From an uncultured delta proteobacterium (GTDB lineage: Bacteria > Desulfobacterota > Binatia > Binatales > Binataceae): a stretch of 64,000 bases of DNA. Shown in pieces: positions 1 through 9,524 of this stretch. The notes under the pieces are model-generated. The model was given only the letters and a program-made list of their open reading frames with translations. It did not search any database and was not told the origin of the DNA. Position 1 is the first letter of the stretch; every line of letters starts with the position of its first letter. Both the position numbers and the translations under genes were made by a program. The stretch is taken from contig CAWCDG010000006.1 of NCBI GenBank assembly GCA_963794325.1, positions 83,179-147,178 of the forward strand, written 5' to 3'.

Positions 1-33
1 GTCGCCATATCAGTCCTCTGGTCGATCCGTACG

Positions 34-73
34 ACCTAACCCCTAGCCCCTTCCCATAGTGGGAAGGGGAACC
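34..73 (+). repeat. Palindromic extragenic repeat, family B (ACCTAACCCCTAACCCCTTCCC-loop-GGGAAGGGGAAC)
   Basis: acctaacccctagccccttcccatagtgggaaggggaacc; near-identical copies at 22996, 32482, 58712 and 59274. Confidence 0.9.
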
Positions 74-107
74 GGATTTGGGAGAGTCGAGCCACCGCCG
101 TCCTCAT

Positions 108-146
108 TGGGTGCAGGGGTCACCCCTGCCGCCCGCCGCGCAGGCG
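108..146 (-). repeat. Palindromic extragenic repeat, family A (core GCAGGGGTGACCCCTGC)
   Basis: Exact reverse complement of 12767-12805; related copies at 47523, 58575 and 60827. Confidence 0.9.
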
Positions 147-156
147 ATTATTCTCC

Positions 157-1419
157 CTATCGCGCCGCCGCGTGCACTCCGTTCGACGCGATCTTTGTGC
201 GCGGGCCCTTTAGCGACTCGGGCCACCATTTGTTGTCCCATTCGCCGTCCCACACGCCGCGGAAATGCGGCAGCACTTCGCTGCAGAACAGATCGATATT
301 CTTCATCGTCAACTCGTGCGGCATCGATCCGATATGCAGCAGCACCATCAGGTTGCCGACGCGAAGTTTCTTGACCGCTTCCATCAACTGCTGACGCACG
401 GTGGCCGGCGAGCCCGCGATCACGAACTGGTTATCGACGAAGTCCTTGTACTTCCACGTCGGGATCTTGTTCATCAGATCGAACAACTGCGGATTCAGCT
501 TGGTCACGCTGTTGACCAGGCTCTTGTAGTCCTGGTTGCCGGCGACGGGAAAATACTCGGGCAGGATATGCAGGCATTTGTCGTAAAAGTATCGGATGTG
601 CTTGTAGTAGTCCTTTTCGGCCTGCGCGTCGGTCTCCGACACCGCGACCAGTTGCAAAAATCCCGCGCGATACGGATTGGGATCGTGATTGCCCTTGGCG
701 ACGAAATCCCAGAAGCCGTCCATCACGCGCTTGCCGAAATTATTTCCCCAGTACGACAGGAAGCAGTAGCAATGGTTGTGCTTGGCCGAAAAATCCCAGG
801 TCGAGAGACTGCCGCTGCCGGGAATCCACACCGGCGGATGCGGCTTCTGAATCGGCCGCGGCCAGATATTCACCATCGGCAGTTTGAAGTACTTGCCGTT
901 CCACGCGAAAATCTCCGGCGACGTCCACGACTTGATAATCAGGTCGTGCGCCTCGTAGTAACGCTCGCGCTGCTCGATCGGCGGAATTCCGTAGCACAGG
1001 TTCACGTCCTGCGAGGTGCCGAGCGGCATGCCGGCGACCATTCGGCCGCCGCTGATACAATCGATCATCGAATATTCTTCGGCGATTCGTATCGGCGGAT
1101 TCGAGGTCGGCAGCGTCGCGCCCATCTGCACCACGGCGACGTCGGTGCCGTTGGTCGCGCGCGCGAGAATCGATCCCATCAGGTCCGGATTCGGCATGAA
1201 GCCGTAGGCGTTCTGATGATGCTCGTTGACGCAGATGCCGTCGATGCCCTTGTCGGCGGCGTGAATCAACTCGTCGAGCGTCCAGTTGTAGTACTGCCCG
1301 ACCTTCACCGAATCGGCCAGCTCGCAATACGGCGGATCGACCCACACCGAATGATACTTCTGCGCGAAGTCCTCCGGCAGATCGCGATACGGCATCAGAT
1401 GGAACATCGAGATTTTCAT
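157..1419 (-). CDS. LLM-class (luciferase-like) flavin-dependent oxidoreductase
   Basis: EHHQ motif, PIRIAEEYSMIDCISGGR and PRPIQKPHPPVW; GGAGG RBS precedes MKISMF at 1419. Confidence 0.9.
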   Translation of the reverse strand: MKISMFHLMPYRDLPEDFAQKYHSVWVDPPYCELADSVKVGQYYNWTLDELIHAADKGIDGICVNEHHQNAYGFMPNPDLMGSILARATNGTDVAVVQMGATLPTSNPPIRIAEEYSMIDCISGGRMVAGMPLGTSQDVNLCYGIPPIEQRERYYEAHDLIIKSWTSPEIFAWNGKYFKLPMVNIWPRPIQKPHPPVWIPGSGSLSTWDFSAKHNHCYCFLSYWGNNFGKRVMDGFWDFVAKGNHDPNPYRAGFLQLVAVSETDAQAEKDYYKHIRYFYDKCLHILPEYFPVAGNQDYKSLVNSVTKLNPQLFDLMNKIPTWKYKDFVDNQFVIAGSPATVRQQLMEAVKKLRVGNLMVLLHIGSMPHELTMKNIDLFCSEVLPHFRGVWDGEWDNKWWPESLKGPRTKIASNGVHAAAR

Positions 1420-1531
1420 CGTATGGGCCTCCGGACGCGTCAGCTTTCGATTTTTCCATACCACGCGGCGGTGTCATCCCCCAAGCGCGCAGCGTTGCGG
1501 ATGCTATCGCCGTGCGGTTCTATGTCCCACA

Positions 1532-2389
1532 GTGAAACTGCTCGTCGCATTCGGCATCGCATTGATATTCAGCGTCGGTACGGCGCGCGCGGATCCTCCC
1601 TCGCGATCGTTCGTCGGCAACTTCATCGGCAATGACGCGACGGTGGAAAACTATCTCTCAGTTTCGGGCGGCGTCGATCGCACGCAGGACTTCGAATCGC
1701 TGTATCTCGAAAAAACTCTCTCGCCGAAGTCCAGCTTCTCGCTGTTCGTCGGCTACCAGCGCCTCGAGCAGGAAGGCGAGTTCACCAGCGCCAGCGGATT
1801 CACCAACCTGGGCCTCGCCTACAAACGCGTGCTCGTCACGATTCCGGACCACGAATTCGTGTTCACGATCAGTCCGACGCTCGAGCTGCCGGTCGGCGAC
1901 CGCAGTGTTGGTTCTGAATCTCATCCACGCGCCGGCGGCGATTTGCTTTTTCAGAAGGGCTTCGGCGATCTGCCAGACTGGCTGCACATGCTGCGGCCGT
2001 TCGGCGTCGAGGGCGAGGCAGGATGGGAAAGCAAGGTAACGGGCGGGCGAGACGATCTTCTGTCCGCCAACCTCGAACTCGAGTATTCGCTGGACTATCT
2101 GGACGCTAACATCGCCGGCGGTTCCGTACCTTACGCGCTGCGCGATCTCACGCCGCATCTCGATTTCGATTACGCGCAGTACCTGAGCGCGCATCGAAAC
2201 TCATCGCAGCCCGACTTCGAGCTGACGCCAGCCATCGCGTGGATGAATTCCATCTTCGAGGTAAATCTCGGCGTCCAGGTAGGCGTCAATCGCGCATCGC
2301 GAGGCACCGGCGCAGTCGCCTTCGTCTGGCTGCTCGGAGTTTCCTACGATCAACTCGCGCCCGCCCTCGGATGGAATCTGTTTCATTAG
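1532..2389 (+). CDS. Secreted, putative outer-membrane beta-barrel/transporter-like protein
   Basis: Signal peptide (…GTARA-D); alternating amphipathic beta-strands; SGFTNLGLAYK and PTLELPVG segments. Confidence 0.55.
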   Translation: MKLLVAFGIALIFSVGTARADPPSRSFVGNFIGNDATVENYLSVSGGVDRTQDFESLYLEKTLSPKSSFSLFVGYQRLEQEGEFTSASGFTNLGLAYKRVLVTIPDHEFVFTISPTLELPVGDRSVGSESHPRAGGDLLFQKGFGDLPDWLHMLRPFGVEGEAGWESKVTGGRDDLLSANLELEYSLDYLDANIAGGSVPYALRDLTPHLDFDYAQYLSAHRNSSQPDFELTPAIAWMNSIFEVNLGVQVGVNRASRGTGAVAFVWLLGVSYDQLAPALGWNLFH

Positions 2390-2435
2390 TCGGCGGTATG
2401 GACAAGCTCCTTCGATGAAGTGACAATGCGCGCCT

Positions 2436-3680
2436 ATGGAATCGTGGTTTAACAAAGCAAGATTCGGGATGTTCATTCATTGGGGACATTGCAGCCAGCG
2501 CGGGCTTGAGCTGTCGTGGCCGCTGGTCGGGGGCGTCGGCGCGCTGCCGAATGGCCCGAGTGTTGGGGTCGAGGAGTACCACTCGACCGCCAAAACATTC
2601 GAGCCGATTAATTGGGATGCGAAGAGACTGGCTAAATTGGCCAGGCGCGCCGGTATGCAGTACGCCGTTCTGACTAGTAAACATCACGACGGCTACTCAC
2701 TATTCCATACCAAGCATTCTGACTATTCGATTGAGTATTCACCGTTCAAGCGGGATATAGTTGGTGAATACACAGATGCGTTCCGTGCGGAAGGTCTCAA
2801 GGTCGGACTGTACTACTCACTTATCGACTGGCATCATCCTGACTATCCGACGTTTCTCGAGTCGGACAAGCCGTACAAGTGGGGCGCGTGGCGCCGTTCG
2901 ACTCCCGAGCAATGGAATCGGTTCATCGAATTCATGTTCGCCCAGATGCGCGAGCTGCTGACCAACTACGGCAAGATCGATCTGCTGTGGTTCGACGGCG
3001 GATGGGAACGGACGCCCGAGGAATGGAAGTCGCGCGAGTTCGTCGAGATGATCCATTCGCTGCAGCCCGAGGTCGTCATCAACGATCGCCTTCCGGGTTA
3101 CGGAGACTACCAGACGCCCGAGCAGGCGGTGCCGCCTAAGCCGCCTGAGGGACCGTGGGAGACCTGCCTGACGATCAACAATAGCTGGGGCTACAATCCT
3201 TCCGACAAGGACCTCAAATCCACGCGCGCGCTGATTCATACGCTGTGCGAGGTGGCCGGCAAGGGCGGAAATCTGCTGCTCAATGTGAGCCCGATGGGCG
3301 ACGGCGCGCTTCCGCCCGAGCAAGTCGAGCGGCTCGAGGCGATCGGCGACTGGATGGACCGCAACAATGAGGCGATTGTCGGCAGCGACCCCGGACTCGA
3401 GCCATGGCAGTTCTACGGACCGTCAACCCGCCGCGGCAATCGCGTCTATCTGCACTTGCTGGCAAAGCCGTATGAGTCGGTCTCGGTGCGCGGCGTGAAA
3501 GTGAAACACGTCGGCGACGTGCGTCCGCTGGCGAGCACGATGTCGCTGAAGGTCCGCAGGCGAGTCTCCGCAAGCGACTCGCTATTCAATCACGATCCGA
3601 TTGGCGAGCTGGTGATTGCGACGCCCGATAGCGCGCTCGATTCGATGGCGACGATCATCGCCGTCGATTTCCAGAGATAG
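2436..3680 (+). CDS. Alpha-L-fucosidase (GH29)
   Basis: WFNKARFGMFIHWG, KHHDGY, LWFDG (nucleophile region), WETCLTINNSWGY and GGNLLLNV. Confidence 0.93.
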   Translation: MESWFNKARFGMFIHWGHCSQRGLELSWPLVGGVGALPNGPSVGVEEYHSTAKTFEPINWDAKRLAKLARRAGMQYAVLTSKHHDGYSLFHTKHSDYSIEYSPFKRDIVGEYTDAFRAEGLKVGLYYSLIDWHHPDYPTFLESDKPYKWGAWRRSTPEQWNRFIEFMFAQMRELLTNYGKIDLLWFDGGWERTPEEWKSREFVEMIHSLQPEVVINDRLPGYGDYQTPEQAVPPKPPEGPWETCLTINNSWGYNPSDKDLKSTRALIHTLCEVAGKGGNLLLNVSPMGDGALPPEQVERLEAIGDWMDRNNEAIVGSDPGLEPWQFYGPSTRRGNRVYLHLLAKPYESVSVRGVKVKHVGDVRPLASTMSLKVRRRVSASDSLFNHDPIGELVIATPDSALDSMATIIAVDFQR

Positions 3681-3690
3681 TCAGTCGAGG

Positions 3691-6192
3691 TTACGGAGCC
3701 GCGGTGAAGCTCCACGAATACGGTTTGCCGTTGACTGTCATCGCGGCGCGATACGTCTCTCCGCCGGCGAACGGATCACGCACCATCATTACTACTTCGC
3801 CGAACGAGCTGAGTACCTCGCGGCCCCGCGCCTGCGCGCCCGCGTCAGGATTGGTGTAGCCGTTGGAGTCGTAGGCGCAGGTCGGGACTTTGGTACCCGC
3901 CGCCGTGCCGGTGGTTTGAGTCAGAGACGCGTCGGTTATCTTCGCCGGCACATGCATTCCGAGTTGAATCGTGATCGCCGGCGCCGTTGGCGGGTAGCCC
4001 GGACACGACGACACCGGACTCGGCCATTCACCACCGAATCGCGGCGCTTTGACGGTTGCCCCATCCGGAGGAATCTTGATTGGCTCGGCGAGCGGTTGGC
4101 CACCGGGAAGCGCCAGCGCCGAATCGCTGACAACATTCACCGCCGATACGCATCCCACTCCCTCGCAATACTGGCCGAACCCTACTCGCATCAGATCGGG
4201 ACTCAGCAGTTCCGGACGATGGAACGGCCCTGAAATCCACCACTCGATCGCCTGCGCCATCAGTTGATCCTCGGTCATTTTGGCCCGCGGCTGGTACACG
4301 ACGTCGCTGGCTTGCGCGGCTTTCAGTCCTTCGACTGAATACCCCGGTTTCGACTTATCCTCCTGATGGAACAGGACGCCGATTTGCCCCCCGTGCGCCA
4401 GCATCTGCTCATAGTTTGTCATCAGATACTTCGCGTGGGCGACGCAGCCCGCACTCAGCGCCGGATCCTGATCCACCGGCGGCACATTGAGTCGCGTGCG
4501 GTATCCATTGAGAACAGTCAGCCAGTTCGTGCTTGTGCTGACGCCGCCGTGCGCCTCTTCGATGGTCGGCGACGACGCGGGGCTCGCGAGCGCGACCTCT
4601 GAAGACATCGCAGCCGACTCGGCGCGATGCGCCGCGCGTGCGCGATGAGGACGCGTCGCCACCGCCGCACTGCTGGTTGGCTCTGACGCGGGCGGCGGAG
4701 TCGCGGGGAACTTCGCGATCTCTGCAAACGTCGTGGCCTGCGCATCCGCGGCTTTGAAGCTCCATGCGTAGGTCTGGTCGTTCGCGGTAATCGAGACCGC
4801 GTAGCGCGCGCCCGGCCGCAACGGCTCGCGCGGGATGATTACTACCGCGCTCGCGTTGCGCAGGTTCCACCGGCCGTATTCCTGCTCGCTACGATTGCCA
4901 TTTCGATAGCTGGGCGCGTCGAAGGCGCAGTACTCGATCGGCTTGCCGTCTTCCGTCAACGAGTGCGCCGAGAGTTTCGTGTTCATCAGCCGTCCGATTT
5001 GCAGTGTGATAGGAAGTCCGACGGGCCGTTCGTAACCCGAACAGCTCGCGAGCGGGTCGGGCGACTCGACTCCGATCCAATCGAGCGCAACGGCCGCACC
5101 GTCGGGTGGAAACTCGACCGCGCGCGCGTACGCCTTGACCTCCGAAGGCGGTGGCGGCAATCGAAGCGTGGCCACCCAACATCCGTCGCCCGAGGCCTCG
5201 CCGAAACCGGCCGCCTTTATGAAGGGATCGAGCATCGCGAGGCGATGGAATGGTCCCTCGATCCAATGATCGATCTGCTGTCCCGCGTCGTACGAGCTGC
5301 AGCCCCATGCGAGCTGGAGGTTCTGCGCCACCCTTGCCCCGATTGTCGAATAGCCGCTCCTGCCGGGCTTCTCTTCGTAAGCCGCCGCACTCATCGGCTT
5401 TGCGCTGCGGATGTCGTCGGCGAAATTGAGCAGCAGATAACGCGCATGCGCTGCGGCGCCGGCACTCAACTGTGGATCGTCGCGAATCGGATCGAGACCC
5501 AGGCCGGCCCGGTAAAAGTTGATCCGATCCCGCCACGTCGTGGGCGAGGACGATACATTGGTAGTCGATGATGACGAGGATGACTTCGGCAAAGGCGATG
5601 GCGCTTTCATTGCAACCGCCGCGATCGACGGGGCGGCCGCCGGCGTACTCATCGCGCGCGCAATGGAAGGCTCATGAGCCGGCGCGTGCGCAACTTCCGC
5701 CATCGATGTTTCGGCATGGCTCGACGACACGTGCGAATCCACCCACCCGACGACCGCGGAGAGCGACGCCCGAGAGAACAGTCCCCAATTCTCGACATGG
5801 TCCGCGAATGCGATCGCGACCAGCGCCGCGACAACCGGAATCATCCGCAGGATCCTTCGCCATCGTCGCCGCTTCAGGGCGTCGGGATCGATAAATCGGT
5901 ACGGAGGCGCGCCGCCAAACCGCAGGAGGTCGCCGTGCTTGAGCTCCTGTTTGCGCCGGATACGCCGCCCGTTGACGAACACTCCCTGGGCCGACTTGAG
6001 ATCGACCACGTAGTAGCGGCCGCGCGCATACCTGACGATTGCATGACGATCCGCGACGCCGGCATCCGCGAGGTGCAGCGCCGAAGCGTCCGCACTTCCT
6101 ATCTCAGCTTCATCGCGCCCGAGCAGCAGCAGACGCGTGCCGACTGCCTCGCGATCGACAGCGAGCAGCCGTGCGGCCTGCGGTCTCAACAC
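3691..6192 (-). CDS. Membrane-anchored protein: degenerate FHA domain, TM helix, two CAP (SCP/PR-1-like) modules
   Basis: N-terminal FHA-like region (RHA…DLKSAQGVFVNG…LKHGDLLRFG); TM after RRRWRR; two repeats of N.YR…HA.YL…W..GPFHR…GFG…FPPDG…WSF. Confidence 0.85.
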   Translation of the reverse strand: MLRPQAARLLAVDREAVGTRLLLLGRDEAEIGSADASALHLADAGVADRHAIVRYARGRYYVVDLKSAQGVFVNGRRIRRKQELKHGDLLRFGGAPPYRFIDPDALKRRRWRRILRMIPVVAALVAIAFADHVENWGLFSRASLSAVVGWVDSHVSSSHAETSMAEVAHAPAHEPSIARAMSTPAAAPSIAAVAMKAPSPLPKSSSSSSTTNVSSSPTTWRDRINFYRAGLGLDPIRDDPQLSAGAAAHARYLLLNFADDIRSAKPMSAAAYEEKPGRSGYSTIGARVAQNLQLAWGCSSYDAGQQIDHWIEGPFHRLAMLDPFIKAAGFGEASGDGCWVATLRLPPPPSEVKAYARAVEFPPDGAAVALDWIGVESPDPLASCSGYERPVGLPITLQIGRLMNTKLSAHSLTEDGKPIEYCAFDAPSYRNGNRSEQEYGRWNLRNASAVVIIPREPLRPGARYAVSITANDQTYAWSFKAADAQATTFAEIAKFPATPPPASEPTSSAAVATRPHRARAAHRAESAAMSSEVALASPASSPTIEEAHGGVSTSTNWLTVLNGYRTRLNVPPVDQDPALSAGCVAHAKYLMTNYEQMLAHGGQIGVLFHQEDKSKPGYSVEGLKAAQASDVVYQPRAKMTEDQLMAQAIEWWISGPFHRPELLSPDLMRVGFGQYCEGVGCVSAVNVVSDSALALPGGQPLAEPIKIPPDGATVKAPRFGGEWPSPVSSCPGYPPTAPAITIQLGMHVPAKITDASLTQTTGTAAGTKVPTCAYDSNGYTNPDAGAQARGREVLSSFGEVVMMVRDPFAGGETYRAAMTVNGKPYSWSFTAAP

Positions 6193-6227
6193 TTGCGACT
6201 ACGCTCCCAAGGCCATCTCATATCGCG

Positions 6228-6623
6228 TCAGAATACGAACGCGTTGCCTTTCGCCGGCGGCGCCGTCGGCGTTTCCGTGCAATACGGCGGGTCGCCGCTC
6301 GCGTTGGGCGCCCGGACAGCCAGCAGCCTCGCCAGGTCTTGCTGGCAGTTATTGTGATCGGTTGCGTAATAGCGGTAGCGGGTAGTTTTGATCGATTGGT
6401 CCGGCGGCAGGACCAGAACTGGCCCGCTTACTTTCGAGGCTTCCTCGGGCGTCATCCCCATGTCGGTAAGTTTGATCGGGGCGGGCGGCGTTTTGGATTT
6501 CCAGAGCGGCACCCCCGGCAGGCCGGCGGAGGTCAGCTTGCCGTTCTGATCCTCGGTCCACGAAACACATCCGGCGAGCGCGCACAGGCAGATCGCCACC
6601 ACTACTAATACGGCGCGTTTCAA
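6228..6623 (-). CDS. Small lipoprotein of unknown function
   Basis: Lipobox LAGC after a hydrophobic stretch; TTG start at 6623 with purine-rich RBS (start inferred). Confidence 0.75.
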   Translation of the reverse strand: MKRAVLVVVAICLCALAGCVSWTEDQNGKLTSAGLPGVPLWKSKTPPAPIKLTDMGMTPEEASKVSGPVLVLPPDQSIKTTRYRYYATDHNNCQQDLARLLAVRAPNASGDPPYCTETPTAPPAKGNAFVF

Positions 6624-6697
6624 AACAACCGTCCCCTTCCTTTCACTCTCAGCTAACACGATCCTGCGACAACCGCAGGTTAACGGGCGGAACTAAA

Positions 6698-8095
6698 TCA
6701 TGGACTTATGGAGAATGTCCAGTCGTACTGCTTTCCGTTCGCGTTTATCGACACCGCGTACTTCGCGCCCTTGTCAAGCGGCTCGCGCGGAATCACCACG
6801 ACCGTGCCATACGACTTCAACACGTTGCGCCCGAGGTCTTGTGAGTATGCGTCGGGATTCGAGTAGCTAGTCGAATCTATACCGCAAGCTTCGACTGAGG
6901 AGTGACCGCCATCGGGGTTTACTCGGGCGAGTGAGTATTGACTGAGATGCGTATCTATCCAATTGCCGAGCTGAAGTGTAATAGCCAGTCCGCTCGGCGG
7001 ATCGTAGTGGGGGCAACTTGTCAGCGGATTGGGCCATTCGTTCTCGAACGATCTTATCGCGACACTGCCGCCGTCGGGCGGAAATTCGATCGGCAGACTC
7101 CTCGCCGCGCCGGGCGGCATCTTTCCTTGCGAGCCCTTCAGCAGATTGAGCCCTGCGGCGCACGCCTCGGATTCGCAGTAGAGCCCGAAGCCGGCGCTGG
7201 TCAGGCGCGGGTTGAGAATCGGCATGCGATGGAACGGCAGCGACATCCATCCATCGATCGACCATTCGGGCGAACCCCATCCGCCCGGGGATTTGGATAC
7301 TCTATGCATCGACCACACGTCCATGTCGCTGGACTTGGCGGCTTCGAGTCCTTGGGACGTGAAGCCCGGTTTTCCCGAATTTTCGTCATGCATTTCGGCG
7401 CCAAGGCCGTCGTGCTCGATTGAATCGTGGAAGTTGCGGACGATGTACGTAGTATGCGCCTGGTCGCCCTTGCTCGATTCCGGATCTTCGACGACCGGCG
7501 GCAGCTTCACCATCGCGCGGTAATAGTTCACTCGCGCTAACCATGCCGGCTCGGCGGACGCGGGATTCACTGATGACGCAGGAGATGAGCCCGCGGCTGA
7601 TCCCGGTTCAGCGGATGCAGATTGAGTATTAGCCGCCGAGGGCTCGGAAGCGGACTTGATCGGCGAAGTCTCTGCCACGGGTTGCGGGGTGGCCGGTCTG
7701 ATTTCGCGTCGATAGCGGGCTACGGCGAATCCTGCGATGAACATCGCGGTCAGAATCACGAATCCCCATAGCAACCGCTTCGGCACTGCCTGCGGGTCGA
7801 AAGCAAAGCGCACAGCGCCAAACTTGATCTCGTCGCCTGGCTTCAACGCGGTTGGACTACCTATTCGGCGGCCATTCACGAAGGTACCGTTGGTAGATCC
7901 GAGGTCCGTCAGCTCGAAGCTCCCGGACTTGCGCGCAATCGTGGCATGACGGCGCGATACCGTAGTGTCGTCGAGTACTACGTCGTTTGACGGATGACTG
8001 CCAATAGCTATTGCCGGCTTGTCGAGTGAGTATTCGCGCAGAGGAGAACTGCCTATTGAAACCAGACGATTGTTGGCGGCAGTCTGCTCCGGCAT
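6698..8095 (-). CDS. FHA domain, TM helix, single CAP module; paralogue of 3691-6192
   Basis: VSRRHA…DLGSTNGTFVNG FHA motifs; TM LLWGFVILTAMFIAGFAVA; WLARVNYYR…PFHR…GFG. Confidence 0.88.
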   Translation of the reverse strand: MPEQTAANNRLVSIGSSPLREYSLDKPAIAIGSHPSNDVVLDDTTVSRRHATIARKSGSFELTDLGSTNGTFVNGRRIGSPTALKPGDEIKFGAVRFAFDPQAVPKRLLWGFVILTAMFIAGFAVARYRREIRPATPQPVAETSPIKSASEPSAANTQSASAEPGSAAGSSPASSVNPASAEPAWLARVNYYRAMVKLPPVVEDPESSKGDQAHTTYIVRNFHDSIEHDGLGAEMHDENSGKPGFTSQGLEAAKSSDMDVWSMHRVSKSPGGWGSPEWSIDGWMSLPFHRMPILNPRLTSAGFGLYCESEACAAGLNLLKGSQGKMPPGAARSLPIEFPPDGGSVAIRSFENEWPNPLTSCPHYDPPSGLAITLQLGNWIDTHLSQYSLARVNPDGGHSSVEACGIDSTSYSNPDAYSQDLGRNVLKSYGTVVVIPREPLDKGAKYAVSINANGKQYDWTFSISP

Positions 8096-8103
8096 CTATC
8101 TAA

Positions 8104-9147
8104 CTAGCCCAGGTTCCAGAAGCGGCCGACGTTCTGCGCCGCGCGCTCGATCATCGGCATCACGCGATCGCCGCCATCGTCAGGGCGAATCGGCTCGTCG
8201 GCGTCGCGTCCGAACTCGTCGATCACGGCGCGTCCCGATTCCGCGATTGCCTCGAGGTCGTAGCCGCCTTCGAGCGCCGCGACCATCTTGCCGCCGCAGC
8301 ATTCCGCGGCCAGCCGCTTCACCCGCCGCGCCATTGCCCCGAATCCCGCGCCGGTCACGCGCATCTGCGCGAGCGGATCGCGAAAGTGTCCGTCGAAGCC
8401 GCATGAGACCAGGATGAACTCGGGTTTGAAATGGCGTCCGATCGGCATTACCAATCGATCGAACACCCTTAGATATTCGGCGTCGCCAAATTCCGCCGGC
8501 ATCGGCAAATTGACCGTGAACCCCATGCCCGCGCCGTATCCGATCTCGTGGAGCGAGCCGGTACCGGGGTAATGCGGAAACTGATGGGTCGATACGTAGA
8601 GCACCTCGGGCGATTCGTAAAAGATATCCTGCAAACCATTGCCATGATGGACGTCCCAATCGACGATCATCACGCGCTTGAGCCCGCGCGATTCGATTAG
8701 CCACTTCGCCGCGATCGCCACGTTGTTGAAGAAGCAAAATCCCATCGCACGATTAGGTAGTGCGTGATGCCCCGGCGGCCGGACAATAGCAAATCCATTA
8801 GCTACTGCGCCGTCCATCACCGCCTCGACCGCGGTCAACACGCCGCCGGCGGAAAGCAGCGCGGTCTGGTAGGTATCGCGCGAACTATGCGTATCAGGAT
8901 CGAAGTCGAACCGATCGAGCGACGCCGTCCGCACCATCGTGGCGATATACTCGGGAGTATGGCAGCTCTCGATTTCCTCTTGCGTCGCCTCGCGCGGCGC
9001 CAAGAATCTCAGATCCGGCCGCTTGAGCGACTCCGCCATCTCGATCATCGTCTCGATTCGCTCGGGACGCTCCGGATGCGAGCGGCCGGCGAAGTGTTTC
9101 AGGTAGCGGCGATCCGCGACGATCCCGGTTTTAAGCATCGTTGACAC
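8104..9147 (-). CDS. Histone deacetylase family (Zn-dependent amidohydrolase)
   Basis: HPERPER, RPPGHH, GFCFFNN, DWDVHHGNG, YPGTG and LEGGY. Confidence 0.95.
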   Translation of the reverse strand: MSTMLKTGIVADRRYLKHFAGRSHPERPERIETMIEMAESLKRPDLRFLAPREATQEEIESCHTPEYIATMVRTASLDRFDFDPDTHSSRDTYQTALLSAGGVLTAVEAVMDGAVANGFAIVRPPGHHALPNRAMGFCFFNNVAIAAKWLIESRGLKRVMIVDWDVHHGNGLQDIFYESPEVLYVSTHQFPHYPGTGSLHEIGYGAGMGFTVNLPMPAEFGDAEYLRVFDRLVMPIGRHFKPEFILVSCGFDGHFRDPLAQMRVTGAGFGAMARRVKRLAAECCGGKMVAALEGGYDLEAIAESGRAVIDEFGRDADEPIRPDDGGDRVMPMIERAAQNVGRFWNLG

Positions 9148-9247
9148 CCCAGTCGGGTATGATGATTAACTGGCATGGAGCGGTAGCGCGGAATTTTTCC
9201 GCGCCTCGCGAAGTCATTGAATTGCATTGGTCGGCGGTCATTGAAGC

Positions 9248-9508
9248 TTGCCTGATCTTTTTGAAATAGCTCTCATCCTCGCGATCGCGCTGATCGTGGT
9301 CGGCCCCGAACGGCTGCCCGAAGTGATGCGCACGGTCGGAAAGCTCCTGCGCGAACTGCGGCTGGCGAGTAATACCGTCCTCCATGAACTTACCGACGTG
9401 CTCGAAGAGACGAACGCAAATATACCTCCGCCACCCAAGTCCTCGCCGGAGGCTGTGAAGCCACCCGGGCCGCCGGCTACAACTACACAGCCGACTGAGA
9501 ATAAATAG
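9248..9508 (+). CDS. tatB: Twin-arginine translocase TatB/TatA-family subunit
   Basis: EIALILAIALIVVGPERLPEV; directly upstream of tatC. Confidence 0.85.
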   Translation: MPDLFEIALILAIALIVVGPERLPEVMRTVGKLLRELRLASNTVLHELTDVLEETNANIPPPPKSSPEAVKPPGPPATTTQPTENK

Positions 9509-9524
9509 CTGGTCATCCCGCACT

